Below, piece after piece: positions 30,782-41,645 of a stretch of DNA of 64,000 bases. The notes under the pieces are model-generated. The model was not told where the DNA came from and searched no databases. It saw nothing but the letters and a program-made list of their open reading frames with translations. The stretch covers positions 6,080,001-6,144,000 of the forward strand of contig OZ244999.1 in NCBI GenBank assembly GCA_965223265.1, in the 5' to 3' direction. This DNA comes from Planctomycetota bacterium. GTDB taxonomy: Bacteria; Planctomycetota; UBA8108; SXIK01. Position numbers and translations under genes: made by a program. Positions within the stretch are counted from its first letter, which is position 1, and every line of letters starts with the position of its first letter.

Positions 30782-31431
30782 ATGAGTGATACAGTGTCCA
30801 TTATGGAGACATTGTTCGCTTGCTTAAACGGCTGTCGTGCGAAGGCATATCCCTATCCGCATTGGCTGCTGAGCGACGTGTTTCCTCGCGCGGTATGCGA
30901 AGCGATCGTGGCACTGCCAGGGTCAGCGAGGGTGACAGTGCAGGGGAACGGAGAGTAAACGATCGGGAGCGGTTCTTCTTCTCGAGTTCCCACTGTGAAA
31001 GATTCGTTAGTTGCCGGTATGTGGCGGACGCGATGCAGCACAAGGAGACAGTGAAGAAGCTCGAGCGCATCGGCGGAATTTGTCTGACTGGGAGTTTTCT
31101 TCGTATCGAATATTGCCAGGACGTGGACGGCTTTTGGCTCGAGCCTCACAGGGATCTAGGCGTGAAGCTCCTTACGATTCAGACGTACCTTTCGATTGGT
31201 GCTGAGTCGAAAAAGTGGGGAACTGATCTCCTCGATGCGAATCTGAGAGTGGTGTCGACTACATCTTTCACGTTCAACTGTGGCCTTATGTTCGTCCCGG
31301 GGGAGAATACGTGGCACGGTTTCCGGAAACGACCGATCAAGGGAGTCCGTCGTTCCATGATCGTAAATTACGTATCTAAAGAATGGAGAAACACACATCA
31401 GTTGGCGTTTCCCGGTCAACCAGTAGGTTGA
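30782..31431 (+). pseudogene. 2OG-Fe(II) oxygenase with single frameshift near 30918
   Basis: PYPHWLLSDVFP in one frame; LRIEYCQD..WLEPHRD..TWHGF..RRSMIVNY in the other. Confidence 0.75.
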
Positions 31432-31673
31432 GGCTGAGTCAGAGTGGGCGGCATGTGCACAGCGCTTTGGTGCTTGGGTTCCTTCGTCTGCGGCGACGGT
31501 GAGCGGGCGAACTGCTCACCACAATCCTTGGTAATTGTCGTCATCAAGTGACTGTCACCGGTGATCAAGAAAAGACACTATTCGGTGACTAAGCGACGCC
31601 CCCGCACCGCTGGGTCGGCGTCATGACTTTTAGGATTTTTGTGCGCGAAACACCGTCATCGTACAATTGACGT

Positions 31674-34600
31674 TCAGACCTCAGACTTGTCAACAGTCCC
31701 CAGCACAGCGGCGATATACTGACCGACCATGCCGGTGCATCGTGACTCCTTGAGTGAGTTGACGGCGTCCTCTAGTTCTTTCGGCGCAGTCGGTCTATGG
31801 TCAAAGCGCTTACAACTGACTTCGGTTTGATTCCAAAGCTCCACGAATCGAGCGGTCCGTACGGGATCAATCTCTGTCACCAGACGGGTCCCAAGCCTAA
31901 ACACTTCGCTGCATTGCCAGTCTCCCATGCAGTCACGACAGCGATCGACTGCAATCGACGCGAGTCCTTCGCAGACCGTCAGTCGCAATTCGTAGTAAAG
32001 TCCCCACCACCACACGCTCGTCGGTCGCATAGCGAGCCACCGTTTTGCCCGCCATAACGCGATCTGCGAATCTTCAAGATAGGCGCTCTTTGCCGCTTTG
32101 GACGCAGCTCCCGCATACTGTGCCTGTCGCAGGTAGACCTCGGCTCTCCTCAGTTCGATAACGGCCCACGGAACGCTCTCGACGGCTTTGGAAGATTGTC
32201 GAAGATATCCAGACGCCTCGTTCAATCTTCGGTGGGCTTCCCAAAAGCGCCTCATGTTTGCCAGGAGGATTCCCGTGTGCGTACGGATAAAGGCATTCTC
32301 CACTTGGAGAAAATCGTGATTCTCAATGTGGCGCATCACCGTTGTAGAGAATGTGTAAAGGCCCTCGCAGTACCACAAGAGCTTCTTCTCTTCGCGGTTG
32401 ATCTCTAAATGCATCTCTTTGTCGGCAGCCGCCTTCCCTGTTCGTCTAGTAAGTTGCGCCTTCAGCAACAAGAGGAATTGGTACTCACGCATCGCTTTGA
32501 TGGTCAACTCTCTCTCCTCCTGCGACGGCCGAACGTCGCGACACCATGCACGCGCGATCATTCTCATATTGACAATAAGTGAGTCCGAATCCTTGGTTCC
32601 CATGTCGGGGAATCCTTTGACTCGCAGACTTTGTATCAGGTTTCTGAACTCGTTCGAAGAATCCTCATATAATCTCTTTCCCTTGAGACGAACTGCGTGT
32701 TCGTATTTCTTCCGCAAACTAGATAGTTGAGTATCAGCGGTGCGCGGTGAACCTTCGAGTTTTTTGCTCCAATCCCGCGCGCCGTCGAAGTCGCCGATCT
32801 CTTTGCAGAAATCGCGAAGTACCGCGCAACACTCTCGTCGAAGTGCGACAACAGCAACGCTTCCTTTCTCTTCATCACAGAACTTCACGAGCGAACACAT
32901 GAGGTCAACGCAAGTCCCAAAGTGCGCGCAGGAAAGAATGCTTTCGCGCGCGAGCTTCAATGTCTGAACGGCCTCACGGAGCGCTGTTTCCCGAAGGTCC
33001 ACTTCACCAGGCCCCACCTCTTCGGCACATTTCAGGCGATGATAGATCGACTCCAGCGCCGCACCGGGATCGTCAGAAGAACGAAAGAGTTTTTCGTACC
33101 AGTCGGCAATTCCCTGGTGGCACGTGGCGGTTTCTTTCACAAGATCTTGTCGTTCACGAAGGAGTGTCTCTCGCAAATAAGTGCGCACGGTTTCGTGCAT
33201 CCAAAACGAACCGCCAGGTTGATAGCGTCCAACACCACATCTCGTGAGCGCATCAACCTTCTTTCGTGCAGTTTTCGCTCTTTCTTTGTCATTGTCCTGA
33301 TTGTCAATTCGCCCTCGAACGGGTGCGCGAAGAAGGGGCCATGAGAGCAGCGCAGCCGGTAATCTAGATCGCCGAAAAAGTGTTAGAGAATACAGAAAAC
33401 GCCCATCGTCTTTTTCTGTAGAGAGCACGTCTACCTCTTGCGACTTCCGAACTCTTTCAAAAACACTGGACGGAGTTACTTTGACCGCATCTGCAGAATT
33501 TTCTACGATTGTATACGATTCTTCGTGCGAAGGTGGTTGGAGAAACTTGCTCTCACCTGCTCGACACAATACGACGATTTCGAATTTGGAAAGCGTTTGT
33601 AGCCCTTTGACAGCGTCCCAAAATTTCTCCTTGTCCTTGTTAATCCAACTATCACAATTTGACTCTATTCCAATATTTTGTCCCACTCCGTCTCGGCCGT
33701 TCAGGAAGACCACGAACCGATTTGGTGAGCGTCGAAGCAAGTCTTGCAGGAAGCTTATGCACGTTTCTAACTTTAACTCAGGCAAAACGGGCAGTTCCGA
33801 CACGGCGCCGAGCTTGAATGCGATCGATTCAATAAGGACAGCGAAGAGATTGCTCATACTTGAGCAGGTGTCCAACTCCAGCCACACGCATTCTTGTTTT
33901 GCGGATAGAGACTGCCATACTTGTGCCGCCACAGAGGAGATTCCCCGGTTCCCGTGGACTACGATCGGGAAGTTCGTCTCGCCGTCTTTCAGAGGAGTCG
34001 ATGATTTGGTTCGGCTCTCCAGGTGACCGTGCAGCTGTTCCAGAGTTGTCTGAAATGGTTGCGTTCTGTCATCAGATTGATACGGATACGGAGGCACCTT
34101 GGATAAGGCTGGAAAACCGGCTCCCGGTGGAGGAAGAGAGAGAAATATTCTTTGGTAAAGTTGCAAAAGGAACAAACCCGTTTCGCGCTGAATTGTGATC
34201 TTGAGGCGCGCTCTATCGAAATATGGTGTAACGGACCTAAAGGCCTTCTCTACCTGTTCACTCTCGGTGTCCAAGAAACACGCCCAGAACACCTGCATTC
34301 TCTCATTGTCTTGGAGTGCACGATGAATGAGCTGGATAGTACGAAGATCCTGTCCGGACACACCCAAAACGAAAATGTGCTTGGCCGCGTCGGTTGTGTG
34401 CAGACTCGAAAAATAGTCGCTAAACGCTTGCTGGTCCTTCTCGGTGGGTCGTTCATCGAGCGAATAGTCTGCGCGCAAGCCAAAGCGTCCGCCGTGGAGC
34501 TTCACGACCGCTCGTTGTGCCTCTACGAGTGACGCCGGAGGAAGCCCGGCAGTACGATGTACGATGAAGGTCGAAACCGGCATCTCATGAGATTCAAAGG

Positions 34601-35135
34601 CGTCCTCGATGAGGGCGTCGAAGTTGGTTGTGAGAATCGTTCGAATTCTCAGGCCATCGGCAAGATGAACCAACATCTGGTGAGGTAACCCCGGTTTCGT
34701 CTCCGAAACCAGACGTGAGAAAGCGGCATCCGCGACGAGGTCAGAGGGAGGTCCCAAGCGAAAGCCATGGCTGGGGTTTCTCCGAAGGCGAGAGAGGAAG
34801 CGCAACGTTTCTCGCCAATCTGAGAGTGCCCCGATCGCCGCGCACTGCAGGTCCAGGTCGCTTGCAAGCACCTGGGTTATTCTCTCTTGCGTTTGCTGGT
34901 GTTCGCAGGTGCTCTTGAAAGCTCGCTCCAGAGGCGGCCAGGATTGTGTTTGTGGATCCCACTTTCCACTGATCGCTTGAAGCAAGCAGTAGTAAAGGTA
35001 TTTCCTCAAATTCGAAATCGTTGGAATCCCTGCCGAAACAGACATACCTGCTCCAAGCAGTGGCAGAAAACCATCCCCCGACTCGATGGCGTTGGCGATC
35101 TCATCGCAGAAGTCGTTCGCACTTAAGGTATTCAT
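31674..35135 (-). CDS. SIR2-like NADase domain + degenerate STAND-like region + TPR/helical repeats (putative defence effector)
   Basis: LLGAGMSVSAGIP, ILTTNFD, VKLHGG, FVLGVSGQD; wHTH-like FWMHETVR; helical C-terminus. Start set at 35135 because 35213 lies inside the adjacent IS end. Confidence 0.8.
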   Translation of the reverse strand: MNTLSANDFCDEIANAIESGDGFLPLLGAGMSVSAGIPTISNLRKYLYYCLLQAISGKWDPQTQSWPPLERAFKSTCEHQQTQERITQVLASDLDLQCAAIGALSDWRETLRFLSRLRRNPSHGFRLGPPSDLVADAAFSRLVSETKPGLPHQMLVHLADGLRIRTILTTNFDALIEDAFESHEMPVSTFIVHRTAGLPPASLVEAQRAVVKLHGGRFGLRADYSLDERPTEKDQQAFSDYFSSLHTTDAAKHIFVLGVSGQDLRTIQLIHRALQDNERMQVFWACFLDTESEQVEKAFRSVTPYFDRARLKITIQRETGLFLLQLYQRIFLSLPPPGAGFPALSKVPPYPYQSDDRTQPFQTTLEQLHGHLESRTKSSTPLKDGETNFPIVVHGNRGISSVAAQVWQSLSAKQECVWLELDTCSSMSNLFAVLIESIAFKLGAVSELPVLPELKLETCISFLQDLLRRSPNRFVVFLNGRDGVGQNIGIESNCDSWINKDKEKFWDAVKGLQTLSKFEIVVLCRAGESKFLQPPSHEESYTIVENSADAVKVTPSSVFERVRKSQEVDVLSTEKDDGRFLYSLTLFRRSRLPAALLSWPLLRAPVRGRIDNQDNDKERAKTARKKVDALTRCGVGRYQPGGSFWMHETVRTYLRETLLRERQDLVKETATCHQGIADWYEKLFRSSDDPGAALESIYHRLKCAEEVGPGEVDLRETALREAVQTLKLARESILSCAHFGTCVDLMCSLVKFCDEEKGSVAVVALRRECCAVLRDFCKEIGDFDGARDWSKKLEGSPRTADTQLSSLRKKYEHAVRLKGKRLYEDSSNEFRNLIQSLRVKGFPDMGTKDSDSLIVNMRMIARAWCRDVRPSQEERELTIKAMREYQFLLLLKAQLTRRTGKAAADKEMHLEINREEKKLLWYCEGLYTFSTTVMRHIENHDFLQVENAFIRTHTGILLANMRRFWEAHRRLNEASGYLRQSSKAVESVPWAVIELRRAEVYLRQAQYAGAASKAAKSAYLEDSQIALWRAKRWLAMRPTSVWWWGLYYELRLTVCEGLASIAVDRCRDCMGDWQCSEVFRLGTRLVTEIDPVRTARFVELWNQTEVSCKRFDHRPTAPKELEDAVNSLKESRCTGMVGQYIAAVLGTVDKSEV

Positions 35136-35188
35136 ACGTAGCGACCTCAAATGTCCTGACAGCCCGATCTTTGGACAGACAACTAAAA

Positions 35189-36879
35189 AGTTCCTGTTGA
35201 AACTCGCACGCATCAGCCACCTTCGACCGGTCTGCTCGATCCTCGTGCACTGCCGCCAGGACCTCGAGTGACGCGATCGTCAAGCCGATCGCGTGAAGTA
35301 TAGTCGAGTCGAGGAAATCTGGAGCGACCATCCCTTTCCTTCGTTGTTTTCTTGGCAGTCGAATCTATCTCGGTGAGCTCACTTTCCAGGCGGACCTGTT
35401 AGAAGTACAAGGTTGTGGCAAAAGACGCCGAGCGCCACGTGGCTTTCGAAATTCCTAAATCCTCGATACTGCGACCGAAGGAGCCCAAACGCGCGTTTTA
35501 AGACCGAGATCGAGCCTTCGATGCCAGCTCGAAAATGCTGCAGCGCGACGAACGCCTCGTCGGCGAAATCTTTGAGGCGCTGGGGAATTGCGAGCACCTT
35601 CACCTTTTCGCGCAGCTTGTTCATCGCCTCACGATCGCCACAAAATCCCTTGTCGGCCACAAGCGTCTTGGGGGGCTCACCGAAAACCTTCTCATGGCGC
35701 TTGAGAATGTCCTCAGGAAGCTTCGAGTCCGGAATCTTCTTTCGCATCACGTCGTACTGCGTGATGAACTTCTCGTTCGTCTGGCCGAGAAGGACCATGT
35801 GGCCGAACTCCACTGGCTTGTGACGTCGGCCCCGCTTGATCAGCTCTGTGTGATGCTCGAAGATGCTGAATATTCTCTCCTTCGCCGGTACGACCTCCCT
35901 GTCGATCCACGCTCGCTTCGCAACTCGTAGTGCCTTTTCGATCTTTGGGAGATACGACTCGATCTCGAGCCCGATCGCGCAGATCCATACGTCGGCGAGC
36001 TCTCTCGCCTCTTGACTGAAAACCCGAGAAAACCGCAGGATTCGTTCTAGGTGCGAAAGGAGTTTCTTCTGCGATCGCCTCACCTGTCTCTGACGCTTCT
36101 TGCTCGAACTCGTCGAATAGCGCGTCACGAAGAGATGGAGCTTCTTCACCTTGCGCTGGTGGAAACGGCTGTCGACCAGCCCCGGCTCGTGCGTTGAGAC
36201 TTTCCTGAGCAGGCGATAGAGCGTTCTCCAGCCGTCCCAAAGAAGCGACGAGTCCGTCGGCCAATGGATGTTCGATTCGACGACGGTTGTGTCAACCCGG
36301 AGCGTCTCGGGAGAAATCCGCTCCTCGCCGAGCGCATATTCACGAAGGGCGTCGTTGATCTTTCCCCACGTCGCCGGGCCGATAGCGCCAAAAGCCCGAC
36401 AGAGAAGCGAATGATCCATCACCGGCCGCGTGCCGAGTCGCAAAAAGTCTTGCAAGAAAGAGTTGTGAGCGAGTCGGATCACCGTTCCCCGAAACGCGGT
36501 GCCTTCGATCTGATGGACGATGAGCGCCCGCAGGAGATTCTCCGCGGTAAACGTCGCCTTCCGCCCCTTCCGCCTCCCCGTCGAGAGCTTTCCGAGATCT
36601 CGAGCGGCGAGGGTGAGGATCTCCGGGTTCCGATCGAGAATCTCGCTGATCTTGTTGTACTTCTCTTCGTACTCCCGTACGATCTTCGACGTCGATGCTG
36701 TCGACCAGTGGAAATATTGCTGCGGATCAGATTTCAAGCGCATTCTCTTCCTCCTTTCGGGTTGCAACCTTGGAGAATATGAATGCGCTTCTTTTTTGCA
36801 AGCATTACTCGATAGCGTTCAGACGGCACCCGAATCCTCAGCAGGAGTCAGGCGCCGATCGCTTTCCGCAACAGGAACT
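35189..36879 (-). mobile_element. IS5/ISNCY-like insertion sequence
   Basis: IR AGTTCCTGTTG (35189-35199) and CAACAGGAACT (36869-36879). Confidence 0.75.
35379..36767 (-). CDS. DDE transposase (IS5/ISNCY-like), intact
   Basis: RVDTTVVESNIHWPTDSSLL, SIFEHH..VEFG, LVADKGF, FRAGIEGSISVLKR. Confidence 0.9.
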   Translation of the reverse strand: MQPERRKRMRLKSDPQQYFHWSTASTSKIVREYEEKYNKISEILDRNPEILTLAARDLGKLSTGRRKGRKATFTAENLLRALIVHQIEGTAFRGTVIRLAHNSFLQDFLRLGTRPVMDHSLLCRAFGAIGPATWGKINDALREYALGEERISPETLRVDTTVVESNIHWPTDSSLLWDGWRTLYRLLRKVSTHEPGLVDSRFHQRKVKKLHLFVTRYSTSSSKKRQRQVRRSQKKLLSHLERILRFSRVFSQEARELADVWICAIGLEIESYLPKIEKALRVAKRAWIDREVVPAKERIFSIFEHHTELIKRGRRHKPVEFGHMVLLGQTNEKFITQYDVMRKKIPDSKLPEDILKRHEKVFGEPPKTLVADKGFCGDREAMNKLREKVKVLAIPQRLKDFADEAFVALQHFRAGIEGSISVLKRAFGLLRSQYRGFRNFESHVALGVFCHNLVLLTGPPGK

Positions 36880-36944
36880 CATTAACGTCAGAACATCTCT
36901 TTATGTAGCCATCAGGGAGAGACTTCTAAACCAGAGGGGGAGTT

Positions 36945-38783
36945 ATGTACAGACGAGTTCCAACTTCGAGTCATAAGCCGATTCGTTCAATTCTACAGGT
37001 TTCTTCGGCCCTACTTGTCGGAACGGCTCTTGCCGTAGGCTGCGGGACACCACCCACTGCGAGTGTCTCGGACCCAGTCGTTTTTACCATGTGTGATGTG
37101 GAGCGTGCCAGTGCAGACTATACCAATTCCGTAGGTGGTGACGCCATGAGCGTCCGCGGGGATCTCTCTCGGTTCTTTCGAACCAAACCCGGCGAATGGG
37201 AAGACAAAAAGGTTCGCCTCGACGAGATGCTTGAAGCGGCACAACGTCGATCTGCATATTTTCAGTCTATTCAGACTCTTCTCAGCCTCGACGTTGTCGT
37301 GAATCTGCTCACGAAAGCCCCGTCTCTCAGTACCGAGGAAAGCGAGGTGCAGCCTGCGGGAGACGCAGAGAATCCTGCAAGCGACGGGACCGGACCTGAC
37401 CCTGTACTCAAGGACGTGCGACAGAAGATGGCCGAGGCGATCGGCCAGTTCCTCGACAAGGCACTGAGCAAGCCCGTTCACGACAGCCCGTTTGATTTGC
37501 TCGATCGCGCTTCTGATTTTTTCGCTGCGTACGTCGTGAAGGTTCTACGCCTCCGCGGTGATTCACGTGCCTGGCCAGGTTCTTGCGCTGTTGATCCAAG
37601 CCGAGAAACTCCGTTTCTAGCAGGGCGCGTCGACCATTCCGCGACCGGTGACCTTCCGTTTCTGGATGGTGGTGATGGTGGTGATGGTGGTGATGGTGGT
37701 GATGATCGTGACGACTCGGCGACTGACAAGCCTGCGAAGCAACCTCCTGCACGCCTTATACTACTCTTGTTGCAGGCCCACGTTCATCCTGGTAATCGCC
37801 CGAATCACATGGCAGGTGTGCGGATTCGGGTCGTGGAAGCCCAACTCAAAGACTCGACACCCGAAGAGTCTGAAAGGAGCCCGCCCGGATGGAGCGGCGC
37901 GTCTGGTCCGGATCTTGTCAAGGTCGTCCGGTTGCATCCCACGCGTACCTATGACGTCGAACAGCTTTCGTTCGGTGAAAGTCTGGTCCAATCGATCGCT
38001 CTAACAGGTTCAGCGGAGATCCCGACGAAATCCGCGGACGTCAACCTCTCAGGCGCACGACGTGCAATGCGCGAGGCTGAAGCTCGCCGTCAGTTTCTCT
38101 CACGAGTCAGCAAAAACGTCAGCTTTGCTAACGCCGCCGAGCACGTCTTCGGTTGGAACTTCTATCCGTCAAACCTCGAGATTGGAAGTCCCGGCGCGAT
38201 GAAAACTCTCTGGGGCTGGCTCTTCGGGACCCCGAGAGCGTATGAGGTGACAGCACACCTCGAAGGCGGTGCACGAGATTGTGCCGCGTATCTCTTGGTG
38301 CCGCCCTCCCTCGAAAGTTTCACATGTAGTGTAACGTACGTTCACGCTTCGATCGATGGAGGCAAAGAACACCGTTCAGAGCCCAGCGAACCGTTCACGG
38401 TTCATCTGCCACCGTGGCACAGCCACGAGTCTGAAGGCAGGCTTCTCGACCTTCCAGCACTCACCAGCATGATCAAGATCAGCAAAGACAACGACTCATA
38501 CGAAATCCTCCACCGCGATGGTTTCGTTGAAGCGGACAAAGAGAAGCTGGAATTCTTTGTTGGCCACACTCGTGTCGACTCGGAAGACGAGTCTGCAATT
38601 CTCGCGAGTACCACCCTCGGGGGTGGCCGATTCCATATTCCGGCGAATCTCTTGGAAGAAAAAGAAGTGTCCGCTGTTGGCTATGGTGACGACAAAGCGC
38701 TCTTGGACACAGCTGAAGGGGTGCAGTCGCAGCATAACGCGGATCAGGCCGCGATCTTCATCTCGCCGAGTATTTGCTCGTGA
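36945..38783 (+). CDS. Hypothetical lipoprotein, 3' end probably cut by ISKra4 at 38718
   Basis: Signal and lipobox LLVGTALAVG-C; 612-aa ORF; last ~22 codons lie in the IS end. Confidence 0.65.
   Translation: MYRRVPTSSHKPIRSILQVSSALLVGTALAVGCGTPPTASVSDPVVFTMCDVERASADYTNSVGGDAMSVRGDLSRFFRTKPGEWEDKKVRLDEMLEAAQRRSAYFQSIQTLLSLDVVVNLLTKAPSLSTEESEVQPAGDAENPASDGTGPDPVLKDVRQKMAEAIGQFLDKALSKPVHDSPFDLLDRASDFFAAYVVKVLRLRGDSRAWPGSCAVDPSRETPFLAGRVDHSATGDLPFLDGGDGGDGGDGGDDRDDSATDKPAKQPPARLILLLLQAHVHPGNRPNHMAGVRIRVVEAQLKDSTPEESERSPPGWSGASGPDLVKVVRLHPTRTYDVEQLSFGESLVQSIALTGSAEIPTKSADVNLSGARRAMREAEARRQFLSRVSKNVSFANAAEHVFGWNFYPSNLEIGSPGAMKTLWGWLFGTPRAYEVTAHLEGGARDCAAYLLVPPSLESFTCSVTYVHASIDGGKEHRSEPSEPFTVHLPPWHSHESEGRLLDLPALTSMIKISKDNDSYEILHRDGFVEADKEKLEFFVGHTRVDSEDESAILASTTLGGGRFHIPANLLEEKEVSAVGYGDDKALLDTAEGVQSQHNADQAAIFISPSICS
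37665..37703 (+). repeat. (GATGGTGGT)4 in-frame microsatellite encoding a DGG linker
   Basis: Directly visible. Confidence 0.85.
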
Positions 38784-40208
38784 GCGCCCCAGAACGAATC
38801 CCACCGTCGACCCAAGACGGCGCAACGTAGATTCAAAATCTGCTGGCCGCCGCGAGAGGACCACCGCATGCCCGATCGTTTGAGACGGTGTCCGACGACG
38901 GTCTTGCACGCAGCTTCGACGACACCGCTGCCAATCGGCAGTCCCTTGGTGAGATAGGTCGAGTAGCGCATGTGTTCACGGTTGCGGTCGTAGTATCGTT
39001 CGGTTTCGTGAAGAGTCTTCGCTCGCTTCCCTGACGTGATACCTCGCCGCGTGCGACGGTTGCGTAGGGACCGAAGTACGTGTTTGACCCCGTCCTTCTG
39101 CTCGAGAAGCTTCGCACGTTGCTCTCGGAACCACGTTGTCGCTTCCGAGCTCCCGGGACCAAACAGAGCTTCGGAAGCTTCGCGCAGCTTCTCGGCAGCG
39201 TGAAAGAAATCGAGGATGCCTGTGGCGCGCTTGAGGATCGGATGCCCAGACTGATACGTCCAGTTCGAGAGCGCTCCGTCGGCGAGAAAGACCAACTTCG
39301 CGCCCCGAGGAAGGCTGCCCTTGACAGCTCGGACCTCTCGGTCGAGCTTCTCGTTCAAACCTTCCACGCTTCCATCGGGCATTTCAGCGACGTACTTTGT
39401 TGAGAGTCGTTCACCAGCTTTGTCGTAGAGCGCAATCGTGCCGACCTCCGCCTGACGCCAGCCCTCGCCGCGAACGTTCACCATGGTGCCGTCTCGACTC
39501 ACAGCGGCGACCTTAGCCGACTCGGCTTCGTCTTCGGTGGACACAGCGTGCTCGAAATAGATCTCAGAGAGATCTTCTCCTAGCTCGCCGACTTCGCTTG
39601 CTACGTGCTTGATCACCGTCGCGCATGGACGAAGAAAGTGCCAGCGCCGACAGAACTCTTCGACTTCCGCGGGGACTGACAATGCCGTCGAGTAGCTCAC
39701 GAATTCGGCGGCCAGCGGTGTCATGCCGTGGTGCAAAATGCCTGCATTGCGCTCCAACGGACACATGGTGCGAGCCCTCGCCCCGTTGGCCTGATAGACC
39801 GTCCGCTTCACTTCGATTTTCCCAAGAAAGCACTGATACTCCCTTGGGGCCGCGGTACTTGCGGTAGTGCCGTTCGCCATCGATGTCGAGGTGCGGTTCG
39901 TCAACGTCGCTCTCTTCAAGAACCGTCCGTTCGATCGTTCGCCCAAGCTCCCCGAGCTGTTCGAACAGCGACCGCTCGAAAGCCGACAATGACCGCGGGC
40001 TCAAGCCCGCCGACTCGAAATCCCCGAGCGTTTCACAGAGCTGACGCTTGAACTCTCCAAGCAAATCGTCGATCTTCTCCAGCATTGTCATGTCCTTTCT
40101 CTTCACTGACTTTCCAATTCGAAGAGAAAGGACTTTTTTCGTGCCGTGTCAAGCTGCTACGCCTTCGTAAATCCCTACGAAACCGACGTTATGCGACATC
40201 TGCACCCC
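38718..40208 (-). mobile_element. ISKra4-like element; transposase 38744-40106 frameshifted near 39843
   Basis: IR GGGGTGCAG..GCATAACG at both ends; SRDG, FLADGALSNW, LDFFHA, GLPIGSGVVEAACK..RLKRSGMRW. Confidence 0.85.
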
Positions 40209-40219
40209 TCTCGGAGTGC

Positions 40220-40436
40220 AATACGCCAGCAATTCACGGTGTCGTCGCGTACGTCAGTACATCCCTCACCAACCGCCTCGTCGAGGGACTCAACAACAAG
40301 GCTGCGCATGATCGCTCGGCGCGCCTTCGGCTTTCACAATGCTTCCGCTTGATCGCGATGCTCATTCTCATCAGCGGCGGTATCCAGCTTGACTCTCCAC
40401 TACACGGAGTCGACCCGCTCGAACTTTAGGAGATCT
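40220..40436 (+). pseudogene. ISL3 3' remnant with right IR
   Basis: LTNRLVEGLNNK/RMIARRAFGF; end CTTTAGGAGATC resembles the IR near 23416-23428. Confidence 0.7.
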
Positions 40437-40460
40437 TCAAACATCCCCCAAAGAGGTAAA

Positions 40461-41114
40461 TCAGTTCAGCTGCAACAAGTTTACGAGCCGGAGGATGAAG
40501 AGCACGAAAAACGGCTTTCTCGTTGCGACCCATCCCGGAGTGATCGTTTCTCCCGTCTCCGTGACATAGACCGTCTCGTCGTCTTCCCACCGCAGATAGT
40601 CTCGCGTCTCTGCGTCAGCGTACGATACCGGGACGGAATAAATGTGACGCCGCACGAATGGAAGGCCGTCATAATTGAGAAACACTTCCACGTGTCCGTT
40701 GCCGCGCGCGTAAGCTCCTACCGGATAGAATTGAGCGATGACTGTTTTTCCTCCTCCTGGAGATCGCACTTCCTGCAGCGAAAAAGAGGCGCCCACCTCG
40801 GACAACCAAAACATCGCCGGTAAGGCAAGAAGCACGAAGATGAGTACGGCCAGGACGTGACAGGCGCTGCCAATCGCGGAGGGCAAAAGACACAGGAGAT
40901 GTGAAGGCCAGAACGAATAGGGTCGATACCGCACGAGGGTGACGAACGCCAAGAGACCTACCATAAAGGGGTATGCCACGTTTAGGAACGTATTCGCCCA
41001 AGCGTAGTCGGTAAGGAAACCAAACCATAAGATCCCCCCGAGCAGTAGGTTCACTGAAAGAAGGAACTTTGAAATCCGAGGTGGATCAGCCGATAGGCTC
41101 GACACATCGTTCAT
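40461..41114 (-). CDS. Hypothetical multi-pass membrane protein
   Basis: About 4 hydrophobic segments, then an EVRSPGG beta domain; probable start ATG 41114. Confidence 0.65.
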   Translation of the reverse strand: MNDVSSLSADPPRISKFLLSVNLLLGGILWFGFLTDYAWANTFLNVAYPFMVGLLAFVTLVRYRPYSFWPSHLLCLLPSAIGSACHVLAVLIFVLLALPAMFWLSEVGASFSLQEVRSPGGGKTVIAQFYPVGAYARGNGHVEVFLNYDGLPFVRRHIYSVPVSYADAETRDYLRWEDDETVYVTETGETITPGWVATRKPFFVLFILRLVNLLQLN

Positions 41115-41645
41115 AGAAAGAATCTTCGCTCTTCTGACGATTTGGTCGTCGGTGTGATGCCGATATTCTAACCGAGCGCCGCATGTTTTCCTCCTTTCGC
41201 TCCGGCCGAGCGGGCACATTAACGACGGCAATTTGTCCATGTCCACACTTTTCAACCAAAACTGGTAGCTCTTGCGTCACCAGCACCCCAGGTCAGGTAC
41301 CCAACTACCCGCCGACAACTTCCGGCGTCGCGACCTAGGTGGGCACTCGGTGGCGCGAAGCGATGGCCGACGCCAACTATCTTTCTCTCGCGACCACTAA
41401 GAATTACGTCACGACGCACTGGTCGCGACCACGTAACGCACCTAAGAAAAGGCCTTGCAAGCAGGCTCGCTCGAGCCTGCCCCGCCGACGCCGTGCGCCT
41501 TTCCCATCCAGACGCGCTTGAAGCACGCCCGTTACACAGTTCCGCCGCCGCACTCTGCTCACCGACCCCGGTCGATCCACGGAGCGAGAACGCCCACTAC
41601 CACCATTGTCTGCGAACGCAAGCTGAGAGGTGCAGCCCCAGGCCG

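Noticed and set aside
35101-35331. 76-aa ORF with RBS-like sequence as a SIR2 partner gene
   Set aside because: It starts inside the IS (IR at 35189), so it is a junction ORF.
37408-37752. Poly-His ORF on the minus strand
   Set aside because: Antisense reading of the (GATGGTGGT)n linker in the lipoprotein gene.
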